Part shown: piece after piece, positions 63,106-64,000 of the stretch
Layout of the letters: each line of letters opens with the position of its first letter
Numbering within the stretch: the first letter of the stretch is position 1
NCBI GenBank assembly: GCA_033853695.1
Contig: JAWOLH010000045.1
Coordinates: forward strand, 593-64,592
Direction: 5' to 3'
Length of the DNA: 64,000 nt
From: Gemmatimonadales bacterium
GTDB taxonomy: Bacteria > Gemmatimonadota > Gemmatimonadetes > Gemmatimonadales > GWC2-71-9
The notes under the pieces: model-generated
The model's database searches: none
What the model was told of the DNA's origin: nothing
Seen by the model: only the letters and a program-made list of their open reading frames with translations
Program-made: the position numbers and the translations under genes

Positions 63106-64000
63106 GAGACGGACCTGCGCCCTCAGCCGTCAGCCATCAGCGATCAGCCACAGCCGCACCGTTCGATGATCGCCTCGCAGCAGTCGCTCGAAAGGTCGAG
63201 CGGGGAGAGCGACTCACCCGCGACGACGGGCTGACCCTCTTCAACTCCCCTGACCTGCTGACGATCGGACGGCTCGCGGACCTCGCCAATCAGCGCAGGA
63301 ACGGCGACCGCGTCTTCTTCGCCGCCAATCAGCACATCAACCCGACCAACGTCTGCATTCTGCGCAACACCTGCGTCTTCTGCTCGTTCGCGCGGATGCC
63401 CCAGGAGGATGGGGCGTATACGCGGAGCCTGGAGGAGGTCTTCGCCGAGGCCGATGCGGCGCGCGACAATCCGACGCGCGAATTCCACATCGTCGGGGGG
63501 CTGCATCCCAAGCTCTCGCTCGACTATTACCTCGAGATGTTCCGCGGCCTGAAAGCGCGGCATCCCGACGTCCAGATCAAGGCGCTCACCGCGGTCGAGG
63601 TCGCGCATCTCGCGCGCATCGAGAAAACCTCGACGGTCGAGGTCCTCCGGGCGATGAAGGACGCCGGGGTGACGAGCCTCCCGGGGGGCGGCGCCGAAGT
63701 ATTCAGCCCGGCCGCGCGCGCCACGATCGCCGACAGGAAGCTCACGGGCGACGAATGGCTCGCCGTGCATCGCGAGGCCCACAGCATCGGTCTCCCCTCG
63801 AACTGTACGCTGCTCTACGGGCACGTGGAGACGACGGAAGAGCGCGTCGATCACCTGCTGGCACTGCGCGCCCTGCAGGACGAGACCGGCGGCTTTCTCA
63901 CGTACATCCCACTCGCCTATCACCCCGACCACAACGAGCTGGGGGAGGCGTTGGGCCGCACCGGCACCGCGACGACGGGGTTCGACGATCTCAAGAACAT
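63102..64000 (+). CDS. mqnE: futalosine-pathway radical-SAM enzyme, MqnE-like (aminodeoxyfutalosine synthase), 5' part; continues beyond the window
   Basis: My own translation of the open frame, which is absent from the ORF track because it has no stop in the window: ..FDDRLAAVARKVERGERLTRDDGLTLFNSPDLLTIGRLADL..HINPTNVCILRNTCVFCSFAR..EFHIVGGLHP..GLPSNCTLLYGHVETTEERVDHLLALRALQDETGGFLTYIPLAYHP. The SN.T.LYGH and IPLA.HP patterns favour MqnE over MqnC. The only canonical in-frame start is GTG 63102, which overlaps the fabF stop. Confidence 0.72.
63122..63155 (+). repeat. imperfect tandem heptamer repeat, consensus RTCAGCC (4-5 units)
   Basis: CTCAGCC GTCAGCC ATCAGCG ATCAGCC A-CAGCC, immediately downstream of fabF. 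The unit is the same as at 22021-22062. Confidence 0.7.

Noticed and set aside
63144-63932. 262-aa minus-strand ORF offered by the track at the right end of the window.
   Set aside because: The plus strand in the same region translates to a clear MqnE-like radical-SAM protein. That frame is open to the window end and is therefore missing from the track. The minus ORF has no recognisable features and simply ends in the heptamer tract.

Overview
This 64-kb window is a high-GC bacterial chromosomal segment, very densely packed and dominated by core metabolism and information processing. I call 67 CDS.

Gene order, left to right:
- gltA (partial), icd, pepA and an outer-membrane protein.
- A roughly 14-kb co-directional array with mostly overlapping stop/start codons: yicC-gmk-rpoZ-coaBC-udg-dnaB-radA-ispD-tsaC-LMW-PTP-aroE-comF-gap-pgk-tpiA-secG-carA.
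- A monocistronic HU/IHF gene with its own promoter and terminator.
- An M61 peptidase, then moaD-moaE-moaA.
- An ABC system of GldA / fused GldF-GldG / DUF4340 type, then mdh.
- Convergent sdhCAB with a single cytochrome b (Bacillus type), then ybjQ and a type-II NADH dehydrogenase.
- Two orphan secreted-protein genes and dcd on the minus strand.
- A 28-kb plus-strand run: nuoA-N (14 genes), phosphomannomutase, a large UPF0182-like membrane protein, arcC, sucCD, ndk, yceD-rpmF-plsX-fabH-fabD-fabG-acpP-fabF, and the 5' part of a futalosine-pathway radical-SAM gene (mqnE-like).

I saw no rRNA, tRNA, CRISPR, transposase, integrase, toxin-antitoxin or recognisable defence genes. I do not see a convincing novel multi-gene system, and the region reads as ordinary core genome.

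The observations most worth a second look are:
1. Two Rex/CRP-type GTGAA-N4-TTCAC operators sit in the nuoA promoter.
2. NuoB reads PGGPP where the fourth cysteine ligand of Fe-S cluster N2 (PGCPP) is expected.
3. Imperfect tandem heptamers (RTCAGCC)n occur at two loci 41 kb apart and put TGA in all three minus-strand frames. One of them lies inside the only available N-terminus of the mqnE-like gene.
4. The mqnE-like protein has a Cx5Cx2C cluster spacing instead of CxxxCxxC.
5. A two-gene islet of orphan secreted proteins sits behind a 242-nt structured leader.

Taxonomy cannot be fixed without a search. The organism is a high-GC, Shine-Dalgarno-using diderm whose menaquinone synthesis appears to use the futalosine route.
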